This document shows, piece after piece, positions 8,944 to 19,349 of a stretch of 64,000 nt of DNA. Source of the DNA: an uncultured Candidatus Saccharibacteria bacterium (GTDB lineage Bacteria; Patescibacteriota; Doudnabacteria; UBA920); the NCBI GenBank assembly GCA_964520505.1, contig CAZFQP010000002.1, positions 26,804-90,803 on the forward strand, given 5' to 3'. Each line of letters opens with the position of its first letter. Position 1 is the first letter of the stretch. Under the pieces are notes generated by a model. That model was given only the letters and a program-made list of their open reading frames with translations. It did not search any database and was not told where the DNA came from. The position numbers and the translations under genes were made by a program.

Positions 8944-9294
8944 TTATTTTTTTGCCTTGCTCTTTCTGAAACGGGGCTGGCTGTCTAAACGTTCTCTAAC
9001 GTAATAAAGCTTGGCTCGGCTAACGGCGCCGGGTTTGGTGACTTCCAATTTTACAATATTCGGAGAATGTAAGGGATAAATTCTTTCCACGCCCACGCCG
9101 TAAGAAATTTTGCGAACCATAAAAGTGGCGTTCGCACCCTTGCCGCCTTTGCGGGCAATGACCAAACCTTCAAAAATCTGAACGCGCTCTTTAGCGCCTT
9201 CTTTTATGCGCTGGTGGACTTTTACGGTATCGCCAACACGAAATTCCGGCAAAGTTTTTAATTGGGTGGCTGTAATATTTTTAACTAATTGCAT
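8944..9294 (-). CDS. rplS: 50S ribosomal protein L19
   Basis: 116 aa; full-length similarity to L19 ('[22 protein letters not shown]'). Confidence 0.9.
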   Translation of the reverse strand: MQLVKNITATQLKTLPEFRVGDTVKVHQRIKEGAKERVQIFEGLVIARKGGKGANATFMVRKISYGVGVERIYPLHSPNIVKLEVTKPGAVSRAKLYYVRERLDSQPRFRKSKAKK

Positions 9295-9345
9295 ATTAAT
9301 TAACCTAATTGTTCTAATTGATCTAATTAGAAATTTTTAATAATT

Positions 9346-10380
9346 TTATAAGGCAGTTACGGCCTTACTTCCTAATTTTACTAACACCTCCCGCAAATCA
9401 GTTGCCAATTCGCTTTCCGCTTCTATCCAGGTTTTATCCGGCAGGCGGACTTCGATTTTTTTGGCGTGAAGGAATTGCCTGGTTAGGCCGGTTAACTTAA
9501 CCGTTTTGCCTCCGTAGAGCTCATCACCCATTAACGGGTGGCCTATGGAAGCCATATGAACGCGAATCTGGTGCGTTCTACCTGTGTGCAATTTTACCAG
9601 AATTAGGCTATATTTGTCAAGGCTAGAAGCATCGGCGTGTTGGGTTATCGGAGTGTCTGACTGACTAATTTCCGACTTCCGACCTCTGACCTCTGACTCT
9701 CCCCCGCCCAAATATTCCAAGACCCTGTATTCTGTAACAGCCTCTTTTGCTTCAACCGGATTAACCGTGGTTTGTTTGCGAAAATCAGTTTTACTTTTGC
9801 CGATTGGAGTTTCTATAAAACCTTGGGATTTTTCCATTCTGCCCCGCACTAAAGCAATATATTCTTTTTTTATCTTACGTTCGGCAAAGGCATCTTTTAA
9901 AAATTCATACATCTCTTGTGTCTTTGCCACCAAAATAATACCGCTGGTGTCTTTGTCCAGCCGGTGAACAATCCCCGGCCTGTGCTCCTCACCAACCACG
10001 GCAATATCGGAAAAATTATACAACAAAGCCGAGGCCAATGTTTCTCCTTTAAATCCTGCTCCTGGATGAACCACCATACCGGCCGGTTTGTCGATGATAA
10101 GCAAACCATGATTATTATACAAAACTTTTAACGGCGTGTTTGTCGCCTGAATTGCATTTCCTTGATTCTTAATTTCTGATTCTTGATAATGAATCACATC
10201 ACCCAGCCGGACAACAGACTTAGACTCTAAAACTTTTTTACCATTAACCAAAACCTTACCCGCTTCTATGTCGCGCTGAATCTGGCTGCGGGAAATATCT
10301 TTTAGCTCCTGCGCCAAATATTTATCTAAGCGTGTTTTTAATTCTGTTACTTTAAACTGCTTCTCCATAATTTTGGTCAA
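9346..10380 (-). CDS. RluA-family 23S rRNA pseudouridine synthase (RluD-like) with S4 domain
   Basis: 344 aa; 'HRLDKDTSGIILVAK' catalytic motif and 'GRTHQIRVH'; contains a ~28-aa in-frame insert built from heptamer repeats (TTCCGAC x2, CTCTGAC x2). Confidence 0.8.
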   Translation of the reverse strand: MTKIMEKQFKVTELKTRLDKYLAQELKDISRSQIQRDIEAGKVLVNGKKVLESKSVVRLGDVIHYQESEIKNQGNAIQATNTPLKVLYNNHGLLIIDKPAGMVVHPGAGFKGETLASALLYNFSDIAVVGEEHRPGIVHRLDKDTSGIILVAKTQEMYEFLKDAFAERKIKKEYIALVRGRMEKSQGFIETPIGKSKTDFRKQTTVNPVEAKEAVTEYRVLEYLGGGESEVRGRKSEISQSDTPITQHADASSLDKYSLILVKLHTGRTHQIRVHMASIGHPLMGDELYGGKTVKLTGLTRQFLHAKKIEVRLPDKTWIEAESELATDLREVLVKLGSKAVTAL

Positions 10381-10396
10381 TTCTGATCAATTTTAT

Positions 10397-11122
10397 TTAA
10401 TTCTGGTCAATTAGCAAATCCGGTCTTCTCTTCTTTGTCCGTTTAACAGCTTCTTCTTTTCTCCATTCTTCAATATTTTTATGGTGTCCGGTTAATAAAA
10501 CCTTTGGCACTTTGTATTTTTTGTTTCCCAATTTCTTATTTCTAATTTCTAATGTTTCTGGTTTAGTATACTGCGGGTACTCCAGCATTGCTTCTGAAAA
10601 AGATTCTTTGTCTACCGATTCATCTTTTCCCAAAATACCCGGCCTCAGCCGTATTACCGCCTCAGCTATCACCAAAGCCGGCAATTCCCCGCCCATAAGC
10701 ACATAATCGCCAATGCTAATTTCTTCGTCTACAAATTGCCTGACCCGTTCGTCAAAACCTTCATACCTGCCGCAGACAAAAATTAGATTATCATACTTGG
10801 AAAGCCTTTGAGCTTCTTTTTGAGTAAACGGCTTCCCTTGCGGAGTTAACAAGATTATCCTTAATCCTTTATCCTTTATCCTTGAGGAGGCTGTTTTTAT
10901 GGCTTTGCACAAGACGTCGGCTCTCAACACCATTCCCACTCCCCCGCCATAAGGCCGGCCGTCGACAATCTGCCGCTCGGTCAAACCAAAACTTCTTAAA
11001 TTAACAGCTTTAAGATCTAATAGTTTAAGTTTAATCGCACGTTTAACAATACCAAAACTGTCCACAAAATTTTCAATAAATTGCGGAAAGAGAGTGATAA
11101 TTTTTATATTTAACTTTTTCAT
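10397..11122 (-). CDS. trmD: tRNA (guanine37-N1)-methyltransferase
   Basis: 241 aa; SPOUT/TrmD motifs ('GRPYGGGVGMVL'); in-frame heptamer-repeat inserts (ATCCTTT x3; AATTTCT array). Confidence 0.85.
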   Translation of the reverse strand: MKKLNIKIITLFPQFIENFVDSFGIVKRAIKLKLLDLKAVNLRSFGLTERQIVDGRPYGGGVGMVLRADVLCKAIKTASSRIKDKGLRIILLTPQGKPFTQKEAQRLSKYDNLIFVCGRYEGFDERVRQFVDEEISIGDYVLMGGELPALVIAEAVIRLRPGILGKDESVDKESFSEAMLEYPQYTKPETLEIRNKKLGNKKYKVPKVLLTGHHKNIEEWRKEEAVKRTKKRRPDLLIDQN

Positions 11123-11130
11123 ATAATTTT

Positions 11131-11229
11131 CTACTAAATACTAAAAAAACTAAACTACTAAAACTTTCAATTCACGCTTTCGTACTTTCGCCTGCCTGCC
11201 GGTAGGCAAGTTCTTTTCGTATTTAGTAG
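11131..11229. repeat. AT-rich TIR element, copy 3, carrying an internal GC-rich palindromic insert (GCCTGCCGGTAGGC)
   Basis: same TIRs (one mismatch); ~28-bp extra GC-rich segment also seen inverted at 51379-51396. Confidence 0.65.
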
Positions 11230-11322
11230 AGACATTAGTATTCTAACAAAATAACCCCGAATCAGCCATCAGGTGACAGCGAACTTCGGGGTTATTTATC
11301 TAATTTCGCGTTTTCGCGCTAA

Positions 11323-11685
11323 TTAGAGTTTAAATTCGTCAATAGAAGAATCGTCTACGGACTGGCTTGGGGCCATGCCCATACCGCCCTGGTGACCCAT
11401 GCCGCCTTCGTGGCGGGGGGACGGACGGTGAGAACCTTCCGGTTCATAGATCTTCAAATTTACACGGGCTTTGCGCTTGGCACCAACAACTCTAAGCAGA
11501 GTGCGGATGGCCTTAGCGGTCTGACCCATACGGCCGATTACCTGACCCATGTCTTCGGGGTTCAAATGCAGAGTAATTAAAACTCCCATTTCGTCCACGA
11601 CGCGCTCGGTCTTTACATCTTCAGGATGGTCAACCAACGCTTTGACAATGTATTCTACGAATGACTGGTCTTGCTCCATTTCCAT
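11323..11685 (-). CDS. KH-domain RNA-binding protein (YlqC/UPF0109 family)
   Basis: 120 aa; KH GxxG ('IGRMGQTAKAIR'); Gly/Met-rich C-terminal tail; sits in the conserved rpsP-KH-trmD-rplS neighbourhood. Confidence 0.7.
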   Translation of the reverse strand: MEMEQDQSFVEYIVKALVDHPEDVKTERVVDEMGVLITLHLNPEDMGQVIGRMGQTAKAIRTLLRVVGAKRKARVNLKIYEPEGSHRPSPRHEGGMGHQGGMGMAPSQSVDDSSIDEFKL

Positions 11686-11965
11686 AATAATAGGATTTCC
11701 GGATAGCTACTGTTTAGCTTCGACCTTTTGTCTTTAATTAGCTGGCTATCTTGCCAATATTATACTTGAGGATAAGCGATAATGTCAATTAAAATTTGTT
11801 CGCGATGTAGGGGCCGGCCTTGGCCGCCCGTTGATACTGATGGCCAACGATTGCCCCTACAAAGCCCCTACACAAATATCCATCTATTAGCTACCCAAGG
11901 GATCCCTCGGTTGTCATAAAGATCTTTACGACACTCGGGATGATTGACAAAAAACTTAAGACAAC

Positions 11966-12002
11966 AAAAATCCCCAAACGTTTTTAGCGTTTGGGGATTT
12001 TT
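11966..12002. terminator. bidirectional rho-independent terminator downstream of rpsP
   Basis: CCCCAAACG/CGTTTGGGG stem flanked by an A-run and a T-run. Confidence 0.7.
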
Positions 12003-12018
12003 AAATTTATAAACGATA

Positions 12019-12411
12019 CTAAGCGGCCAGGGTCGCTTCCGGAGCGGCAGCGGCTTCGGGAGCAGGAGTTTCTGCCGGAGCTTCTACAGCGGCTGGGGTT
12101 TCAGCGGCGGCTGGAGCAGAAGCCGGAGCGGCTTCAACCGGTTTTTTCGGAATGGTAAAAGCTTTTACTTTTTTACCTTCCACCAAGCCTTTGGTCACAA
12201 ACAAATTGTGCACGGTTTCGCTAAGCTCAACTCTTTGGCCGAGCCAATACTTCACCCGCTCTTCTTTAACCTGAAAATTCTTTTTGCGCGGGTTGTAGCT
12301 GCCCAAAACTTCAGTAAACTTTTTTTGTACCGGAGCTTCTTTTTCGGCTAAGACAATGCGAAAATCAGCCTGATTTTTTTTGCCGGTTCTTTGTAAACGA
12401 ATAGTTAACAT
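12019..12411 (-). CDS. rpsP: 30S ribosomal protein S16 with Ala/Pro-rich C-terminal extension
   Basis: 130 aa; 'LTIRLQRTGKKNQADFRIVLAEK' canonical S16 N-terminus. Confidence 0.9.
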   Translation of the reverse strand: MLTIRLQRTGKKNQADFRIVLAEKEAPVQKKFTEVLGSYNPRKKNFQVKEERVKYWLGQRVELSETVHNLFVTKGLVEGKKVKAFTIPKKPVEAAPASAPAAAETPAAVEAPAETPAPEAAAAPEATLAA

Positions 12412-12690
12412 AGGAGATATTAGATTTAAAATATAAAATTTACGACTTTATAACTGCACTTACAAAATTTCATAGCAGCAAACTCTGAAATTTTGACAAT
12501 GCATATTTACTGAGCGTGGAAATATTCTAACATTTTTCGCGGATTTGGTCAATATGACCGTATGGCCACGGATACGCCGATAAAAACAGATGTCACGGAT
12601 AAAAAACCTAAGATGGTGCCCATCTAAATAAAATTAAATGCGCCGCCCTGTCTAAAAGACTGGGCGGCGCACGAGGCCGGCGATGGCCAG

Positions 12691-13077
12691 CTATTGCTTG
12701 AACACCACCGAGCGCTTGGGCTCGGCGCCAAACTGGTAGACCGCAACTTTGCCCGCGCAAGGAGTCTCCTTGCCGGCGGCAAGTGCCGCCAACCGATCAA
12801 GAACAACCGCGCCCTTCTTGCAACATTCCTCTGATGAATAACAGCATTTGTCCGGCTCATTCGAGCAGCCAGACGCGCAGCAGCATTCCCATGGCACCGG
12901 CCATGGGCGAGGCGGCATGGCCATCAGTTGCAGAGTCGGCGCAGTCGCCGGGACGGTCGCGGTCGCAGTGGCATTGGCCGGCGCAGACGCGGTCGCCGAG
13001 CCGGGGTCAGCAGCGAAAGCCGCAGCAGTGATCAAAAAAGCAAACATCAACGTCATCAAAAAAATCTTTTTCGTCAT
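12691..13077 (-). CDS. secreted Cys-rich small protein (GC-rich cassette B)
   Basis: The ~129-aa reading starts at the ATG at 13077 (GAGGAAAG RBS). It has a signal peptide (MTKKIFLMTLMFAFLITAAAFA) followed by an Ala/Thr/Pro-rich stretch. The C-terminal part is Cys-rich (CCCASGCSNEPDKCCYSSEECC). A 9-bp GC hairpin terminator lies at 12641-12671. The ORF-track start at 13158 is probably an upstream over-extension. Confidence 0.5.
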   Translation of the reverse strand: MTKKIFLMTLMFAFLITAAAFAADPGSATASAPANATATATVPATAPTLQLMAMPPRPWPVPWECCCASGCSNEPDKCCYSSEECCKKGAVVLDRLAALAAGKETPCAGKVAVYQFGAEPKRSVVFKQ

Positions 13078-13238
13078 TCTTTCCTCACTTCTGAAAATTT
13101 TGATTTGTTCTTGTTGATATTTCAAGCAGCATAAACATCCTCCTGCTCGATTGTCCAAACCTACGTTTAGGCTTAGAAAAAAGACTAACTTTAATTAAAA
13201 GGTTAGTCTTTTTCATAAACCTAAATAAAACTTAAAAA

Positions 13239-16100
13239 TTATTTTAGCACAGATTTCAAATATTGTCCAGTGTAGCTGGCTTTTACTTTAATTACATCTT
13301 CAGGCGTGCCCGCTACTACCAACTGTCCGCCCTTGTCCCCGCCTTCGGGACCTAAGTCTATAATCCAATCTGAGGTTTTAATCATATCCAAGTTGTGTTC
13401 TATTACCACTACTGTATTGCCTTTGTCGACCAGCTTGTTTAACACTTCAATTAGCCTCTTTACATCCGCGAAATGCAAACCCGTGGTCGGTTCGTCCAAC
13501 AAATATAAAGTCCTGCCCGTGGACGCGCGCGACAATTCGGTAGCCAGTTTGATGCGCTGGGCTTCCCCACCGGACAGCGTGGTGGCGTTTTGCCCGAGGC
13601 GCATATAGCCCAAACCCACCTGGCTTAAAGTTTCCAGTTTTTTGTAAATTTGCGGTAGGCTGGCAAAAAAAGTTTTGGCTTCGTCTACGGTCATTTCCAA
13701 AACGTCGGAAATAGTTTTGTCTTTAAAATGAATTTCCAATGCCTGAGCATTATAACGTTTGCCGCCGCACTCTTCGCAGGTAATATAAACGTCAGGCAAA
13801 AAATTCATTTCCACTTTTATAACGCCGTCGCCCGCGCACTTTTCACAGCGTCCGCCTTTAACGTTAAAACTAAACCTTCCGGCTTTATAACCGCGCATTT
13901 TGGCTTCCTTGGTTTCGGCAAAAATATCGCGGATCGGCGTAAACAAACCCGTGTAAGTGGCGGGGTTGCTGCGTGGGGTGCGGCCTATTGGGCTTTGGTC
14001 GATGTTAATAATTTTGTCGATGTGTTCGGTCCCTAAAATTTTCTTGTGCTTACCCGGTTCTTCCTTGCTGTTATAAAAATATTTGGAAAGAGCCCTGGCC
14101 AAAATATCGTGAAAGAGGGTAGATTTGCCGCTACCGGACACGCCGGTAACACAGACAAATTTGCCCAAAGGAATTTCCACGTCTATATTTTTTAAATTAA
14201 ATTCAGCCGCGCCCAAAATGGAAATTTTGCGGCCGTTGCCGGGACGGCGCTTTTTCGGCAGTTGAATAAATTCTTTACCCGCCAAATATTGCCCGGTAAT
14301 GCTCTTGGGGTTTTTTTGAATGTCTTTCGGCGTGCCTTCGGCCACTAATTCTCCGCCGTGCTTGCCGGCTCCGGGACCAATATCAACAACCCAATCCGCC
14401 TCACGAATGGTTTCTTCGTCGTGCTCCACTACAATTACCGTATTGCCCAGGTCCCGCAAATCTTTTAAGGTCTGAAGCAAACGGCTATTGTCGCGCTGGT
14501 GCAGCCCAATAGAAGGCTCGTCTAATATATAGAGCACACCGGTTAGGCCGCTTCCAATTTGCGTGGCCAAGCGAATGCGCTGGGCTTCCCCGCCGGACAA
14601 GGTGTCGGCTGCGCGGTCCAAAGACAAATAGACCAAACCGACATTTAACAAAAATGACAGTCGGGCGTTAATTTCTTTAAGCACCTGTTTGGCAATAGTT
14701 AGATCTTTTTGGTTTAAACCTTTATTCAAATTCTTAAAGAATTCGGATGCGGCTTCTATATTGGTTCCGGCTATATCAACTATCCCCTTGCCGCCCACGG
14801 TCACACCCAAAACTTCCGGGCGCAAACGTTTGCCGCCGCAAGAAGGACACTGGCGCACGCGCATATAGTTTTCTATTTCCCCGCGCATATATTCGGAATC
14901 GGTTTCCTTGTAGCGGCGTTCCAAATTCGGAATCACGCCTTCAAATACCGTCATCATTTCAAATTCGCCTTCACGGCTGGCAAACTCGCCGGAGACTTTA
15001 ACTTTTTTGTCGCCCGTGCCGTATAAAATCACGTCTAAATATTTTTTGGGTAAATCTTTTATTGGCGTGTTGGTGGAAAAACCGTATTCCTTGGCTACGG
15101 CCTGCAAAATGCGGCCATACCAAGACAAGCGCGAAGTTGTTTTACTCCACGGGCGAACCGCGCCTTCGGCCAGAGTTAAACGATGGTTCGGGATAACCAA
15201 ATCCGGCTCCACGGTAAGCTTATGACCCAAACCTTTACACTCCGGGCAAGCGCCGTGCGGACTGTTAAAAGAAAAATCCCGCGGGTCTAATTGTGAAAGC
15301 TGAATATGGCCGTCCGGACAGGCAAACTTTTGCGATAAAATTACGTCCGGACCACCGGCCAGGGTTTTGCCGTCGACTGACATTTTCGCGGCCATTGCCA
15401 AACCGTCTCCTAAGTCCAAAGCTTTTTCCAAACTTTCGGACAGGCGGCCTTTGTCCTCTGGTGAAATATTTAAGCGATCAACCACAACGTCAATGGTATG
15501 CTTTTTTTGTTTGTCCAGGTTCAGTCCTTGCGCTTCGTTTAAATCCATTACTGTGCCGTCCACGCGCACGCGGGCAAAACCGGCTTTTTTAATCTGTTCA
15601 AAAATTACCCGGTGTTCGCCTTTTTGGTCTTTAATAAATGGCGCGAGCAAAATTATTCTGGTGCCGGTTTTCAGCCCCAAAAGTTGCTCGACCATGGCGG
15701 CAATAGTTTGTCCTTGAATTTTTTTGCCGCAAACCGGGCAGTGCGGTACGCCAATGCGCGCCCAAAGCAAACGCATATAGTCGTAAATTTCCGTCACCGT
15801 GCCCACAGTGGAACGAGGATTATGCGAAGCGGATTTTTGGTCAATGGAAATAGCCGGTGACAGGCCTTCTATTTTGTCTACATCCGGCTTGTCCATAAGT
15901 CCGATAAATTGCCGGGCATAAGCGGACAAGCTTTCCACATAACGGCGCTGGCCCTCGGCGTATATGGTATCGAACGCCAAAGAAGATTTGCCGCTGCCGG
16001 ACAAACCGGTTAAAACCACCAGCTTATTGCGGGGCAAATCTACGTCTATATTTTTTAGGTTATGCATTCGCGCGCCGCGAATGGAAATTTTGTCAGTCAT
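13239..16100 (-). CDS. uvrA: excinuclease ABC subunit A
   Basis: 953 aa; two ABC ATPase modules (Walker A 'GLSGSGKSS' and 'GVSGSGKST'), zinc-finger Cys clusters, LSGGE signatures. Confidence 0.95.
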   Translation of the reverse strand: MTDKISIRGARMHNLKNIDVDLPRNKLVVLTGLSGSGKSSLAFDTIYAEGQRRYVESLSAYARQFIGLMDKPDVDKIEGLSPAISIDQKSASHNPRSTVGTVTEIYDYMRLLWARIGVPHCPVCGKKIQGQTIAAMVEQLLGLKTGTRIILLAPFIKDQKGEHRVIFEQIKKAGFARVRVDGTVMDLNEAQGLNLDKQKKHTIDVVVDRLNISPEDKGRLSESLEKALDLGDGLAMAAKMSVDGKTLAGGPDVILSQKFACPDGHIQLSQLDPRDFSFNSPHGACPECKGLGHKLTVEPDLVIPNHRLTLAEGAVRPWSKTTSRLSWYGRILQAVAKEYGFSTNTPIKDLPKKYLDVILYGTGDKKVKVSGEFASREGEFEMMTVFEGVIPNLERRYKETDSEYMRGEIENYMRVRQCPSCGGKRLRPEVLGVTVGGKGIVDIAGTNIEAASEFFKNLNKGLNQKDLTIAKQVLKEINARLSFLLNVGLVYLSLDRAADTLSGGEAQRIRLATQIGSGLTGVLYILDEPSIGLHQRDNSRLLQTLKDLRDLGNTVIVVEHDEETIREADWVVDIGPGAGKHGGELVAEGTPKDIQKNPKSITGQYLAGKEFIQLPKKRRPGNGRKISILGAAEFNLKNIDVEIPLGKFVCVTGVSGSGKSTLFHDILARALSKYFYNSKEEPGKHKKILGTEHIDKIINIDQSPIGRTPRSNPATYTGLFTPIRDIFAETKEAKMRGYKAGRFSFNVKGGRCEKCAGDGVIKVEMNFLPDVYITCEECGGKRYNAQALEIHFKDKTISDVLEMTVDEAKTFFASLPQIYKKLETLSQVGLGYMRLGQNATTLSGGEAQRIKLATELSRASTGRTLYLLDEPTTGLHFADVKRLIEVLNKLVDKGNTVVVIEHNLDMIKTSDWIIDLGPEGGDKGGQLVVAGTPEDVIKVKASYTGQYLKSVLK

Positions 16101-16357
16101 AATGTAATAAATTGGTTTGTATATACTTGTGTATATACAAAGGTATATACATCAACGGCTTGTTTAACTATCTATAAATTTGAATTAATACCCCCTGGCG
16201 AAAAAACGCCAAAAGCTAGTAATCAGTCTAGCATATATGTCAAGATTGGGCAATGGACTAAGACCCAAAATACCCCGCTCAAAAAAATAACGACATCAAA
16301 CAATGAAAATTCCGGCAGGCGTGAGGCGCCTGCCGGAATTGCGGTTGTTCATTTGGC

Positions 16358-16594
16358 TTACCCTCTGGCTCTTTCGGCCAAGGGCAGGGCGGGTTCTTCC
16401 ACATCGGGCAAGCCCTCGGCGAACCGGACAACAGCCGGCCAAACAATCACGCCGGCCGACCACCAAAGCGCCACTTTGCCGAACACAAAAGCTACTACTG
16501 TCCAGGCACCGACAAAAGCCAGCAACGCAACAGCCACAACGACCCAGTTAGGCACAACATACTGTTCCGGCCCAACCAAAATGATTATCTCCAT
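16358..16594 (-). CDS. small hydrophobic protein (GC-rich cassette C, gene 2)
   Basis: ~78 aa from the ATG at ~16594; AGGAGGA overlaps the upstream gene's TAG; 2 TM helices; hairpin terminator at 16308-16339. Confidence 0.45.
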   Translation of the reverse strand: MEIIILVGPEQYVVPNWVVVAVALLAFVGAWTVVAFVFGKVALWWSAGVIVWPAVVRFAEGLPDVEEPALPLAERARG

Positions 16595-16602
16595 TCTTCC
16601 TC

Positions 16603-16818
16603 CTACTTCTCTCCGGCCGCAACGGCAGCCGGAACCTCTTGCCCCTCCGGATTGACGCCGGACAGGTTTTGGAGAAACATGACACAAGCAAGAAGAATAA
16701 GCGCGACTAGCGTACAAACTCCGACGCAAACTGCGGTTGATTCTCCCTGCCAAAAACCTCTCGACCCATTATACTTTTCCAAAGTGCCTCCTACTTTGCC
16801 GAAGGGCTTCCCCACCAA
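16603..16818 (-). CDS. small hydrophobic protein (GC-rich cassette C, gene 1)
   Basis: 59-71 aa depending on the TTG start (a TTG at ~16782 has GGAGG 5 nt upstream); one TM helix; translationally coupled to the downstream gene. Confidence 0.4.
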   Translation of the reverse strand: MVGKPFGKVGGTLEKYNGSRGFWQGESTAVCVGVCTLVALILLACVMFLQNLSGVNPEGQEVPAAVAAGEK

Positions 16819-16960
16819 AGAACAAAACCAAGAACCAGCAAAGAAGCCCAGACAAAAACTATCTTTCCGAACAATAACCGGAAATCTTTATGGGAATTCA
16901 TAACCTAAATCCTAAGTAATAATAGACAAGCGGTCAAGGCATAGATATAATTTAACTATT

Positions 16961-18829
16961 ATGAATGCAATCAGTGAACAATTAAAAAATAAGGTTTCAA
17001 GCCTGCCCAAACGGCCGGGCATTTACCAATTCCTCAACGACAAAGGGAAAATTTTGTACGTAGGCAAAGCCAAAAATTTGCAGAGCCGGGTGAGGCAATA
17101 TTTTGGCCATGACGACACCAGAGCGCAAATCCCTTTTTTAATGGCCGAGGCCACGGACATAAATTACACTGTGGTAAATAGCGAATTGGAGAGCGCGTTT
17201 TTAGAAAACACGCTAATTAAACAATACAGTCCCAAATATAATATAGATTTAAAAGACGATAAAAATTACGCCTTTATAAAAATTGATTACTCCACCCAAA
17301 TCCCCCAAATCGGCTATGCAAGAAAAGTAGAGACGCCTACAAGCTACAAACTAAAAGCTAAAAGCTTATTTTTCGGCCCCTACTCCGCCGCTTACAAAAT
17401 CCGCAACACGCTAAACCTGGTACGGAAAATTTTTTCTTTTTGCGCCAACGACAAAGTAAGCAACCGTCCCTGCTTCTACTATTATATGCACCGCTGCCCG
17501 GGAGTATGCATTGGGAAAATCAGCCTGGAAGAATATAACCAACACCTAGAGAAAATAGCCAAATTTTTGCAGGGCGACACAGCAGGCGTCTACAAAGAAA
17601 TTAAAAACGAGATGCAAAAAGCAGCCGCGAAAAAGAGATTCGAAACAGCCGCGCGCCTGCGTGACCAGTTAAAGGCTTTGGAACTGCTCACGGAAAAACA
17701 AAATGTAATTTTAGCTAAAAAAGTTGACTGGGATATTATTTCCCTGGCTGCTGCTGAAAACCACGCCTGCATTAACTTGTTTAAAGTCCGCGGTGGCAAG
17801 CTATTCGACAAGGAAAATTTTATTTACCAGCTCCCTGCCCTCTGGCGGCAGGACGGCCACGAAGCAGCGGCATCGGAAATTATAAATACTTTCTTACAAA
17901 AATATTACTTGGAAACCAGCAGCCTACCCAAAGAAATTTTTCTGCAGTATCCGATTGACCGCGAAGACGATGTTGCCGGAATAATTTTTCAACATACCAA
18001 AAAAAGAATAAAAATTTCCGTCCCGCAAAAAGGCCAAGTAACAAAACTAATAACTCTCGGCACGGCCAATGCAGATGAATATTTAAAAAACTGGATGTCT
18101 GCCCAAGCCGGCCATTTGGACAAAATTAATGCCTCCTTAGCTCAGCTGCAGCAAGTCTTAAAACTAAAAAGCCTGCCCAAACGCATTGAATGCTATGACA
18201 TTTCCAACATTCAGGGCACTAACCCTGTTGGCAGCATGGTAGTTTTTAAAGACGGGCTGCCGGCCAAGTCTGAATACCGAAAATTCAAAATTTACGGCAA
18301 AACCACGCCGGATGATTTTGCCATGATGATTGAAATGCTAACCCGCCGCTTTGCCCGCCTGAAGAAAAAAGATAAAAAATTTCCCAAGCCAGACCTGATT
18401 GTTATAGACGGTGGCAAAGGACAGCTTAATGCCGCTCTGTCTGCCCTACAAGCCACTCCCTACCTGCCTGGCGGACAGGCAGGCAAACTACAACCTATGC
18501 CTATTATTGGTCTGGCAAAGAGGATTGAGGAAATATTTCTACCAAACCAAGATCAACCCATAATTTTGAATCACGACCAGCCGGGACTTCAACTGCTCCA
18601 GCGCCTGCGTGACGAGGCTCACCGTTTTGGCATTACCTTTCACCGTTCCCTGCGCAGTAAGCAAGCAGTCCATTCAGCTTTAGATGATATCCCGGGCATT
18701 GGACCAAAAACAAAAAAATTGCTTAAAACCAAAATTGGAACTGTGGAAGAGATAAAAAAAAGAACCGAAGGTGAGCTAGCTTCGCTGGTTGGAATTAAAT
18801 TAGCTCATTTGATAAAAGAAAGTTTATGA
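16961..18829 (+). CDS. uvrC: excinuclease ABC subunit C
   Basis: 622 aa; GIY-YIG ('GIYQFLNDKGKILYVGKAKNL'), UvrBC-interaction and C-terminal HhH regions. Confidence 0.9.
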   Translation: MNAISEQLKNKVSSLPKRPGIYQFLNDKGKILYVGKAKNLQSRVRQYFGHDDTRAQIPFLMAEATDINYTVVNSELESAFLENTLIKQYSPKYNIDLKDDKNYAFIKIDYSTQIPQIGYARKVETPTSYKLKAKSLFFGPYSAAYKIRNTLNLVRKIFSFCANDKVSNRPCFYYYMHRCPGVCIGKISLEEYNQHLEKIAKFLQGDTAGVYKEIKNEMQKAAAKKRFETAARLRDQLKALELLTEKQNVILAKKVDWDIISLAAAENHACINLFKVRGGKLFDKENFIYQLPALWRQDGHEAAASEIINTFLQKYYLETSSLPKEIFLQYPIDREDDVAGIIFQHTKKRIKISVPQKGQVTKLITLGTANADEYLKNWMSAQAGHLDKINASLAQLQQVLKLKSLPKRIECYDISNIQGTNPVGSMVVFKDGLPAKSEYRKFKIYGKTTPDDFAMMIEMLTRRFARLKKKDKKFPKPDLIVIDGGKGQLNAALSALQATPYLPGGQAGKLQPMPIIGLAKRIEEIFLPNQDQPIILNHDQPGLQLLQRLRDEAHRFGITFHRSLRSKQAVHSALDDIPGIGPKTKKLLKTKIGTVEEIKKRTEGELASLVGIKLAHLIKESL

Positions 18830-18966
18830 ATTTCTAATTATTCTCTGAAAGATCTTTACGATAAATCCTAAACAAGCACCAAAACCTAAATCCTAAATTA
18901 ATCCATTGGAATTTATTTAGAGTAATTAAAATAATTAGGTTAATTAGAAATTTAGCTACCCCCCAA

Positions 18967-18996
18967 TTGACACGACCCGCTATTTTCTTGTATAAT
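18967..18996 (+). promoter_or_regulatory. consensus sigma70 promoter TTGACA-N18-TATAAT upstream of secG
   Basis: perfect -35 and -10 hexamers read directly in the sequence. Confidence 0.6.
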
Positions 18997-19036
18997 GGGC
19001 AAGCAATTTACTTAACCATACAAATTAAAAAATCCT

Positions 19037-19264
19037 ATGTTTTCCAGCGTAATTCTCAAATTCGTCAACATTCTAGTAATGATCTTGCTAATTATTGTTA
19101 TTTCCCTGCAAAATAAGTCTTCCGGCTTATCCAATGTTTTTGGCGGAGCCGGCAACATTGTTCAAACCAGAAGAGGCTTTGAAAAATGGCTATTTTACGC
19201 TACTATCGTTTTAGGAATTCTTTTTGTCGTCATTAACGTCAGTTTCTTGTTTGTTAAATCATAA
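19037..19264 (+). CDS. secG: preprotein translocase subunit SecG
   Basis: 75 aa; two TM helices flanking 'GGAGNIVQTRRGFEK' as in SecG. Confidence 0.65.
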   Translation: MFSSVILKFVNILVMILLIIVISLQNKSSGLSNVFGGAGNIVQTRRGFEKWLFYATIVLGILFVVINVSFLFVKS

Positions 19265-19349
19265 TCCAAATCACGAATTTTATCCGAATGCCCCGAAAAC
19301 TTTTTGGGAACATTCGGATATTGATTTAAAGCATTAGGATTATACTGCA

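Noticed and set aside
12783-13134. Plus-strand ORFs antisense to the Cys-rich secreted protein gene
   Set aside because: Arg/Ala-rich GC-frame artefacts; the minus-strand gene has an RBS, a signal peptide and a terminator.
16062-16655. 197-aa plus-strand ORF spanning the uvrA start and the GC-rich spacer (also 16303-16551 +)
   Set aside because: It overlaps the uvrA start codon, has no RBS and is a low-complexity Thr/Ala/Pro-rich translation typical of spurious frames in GC-rich DNA. The minus-strand pair has coupled RBS/stop architecture instead.
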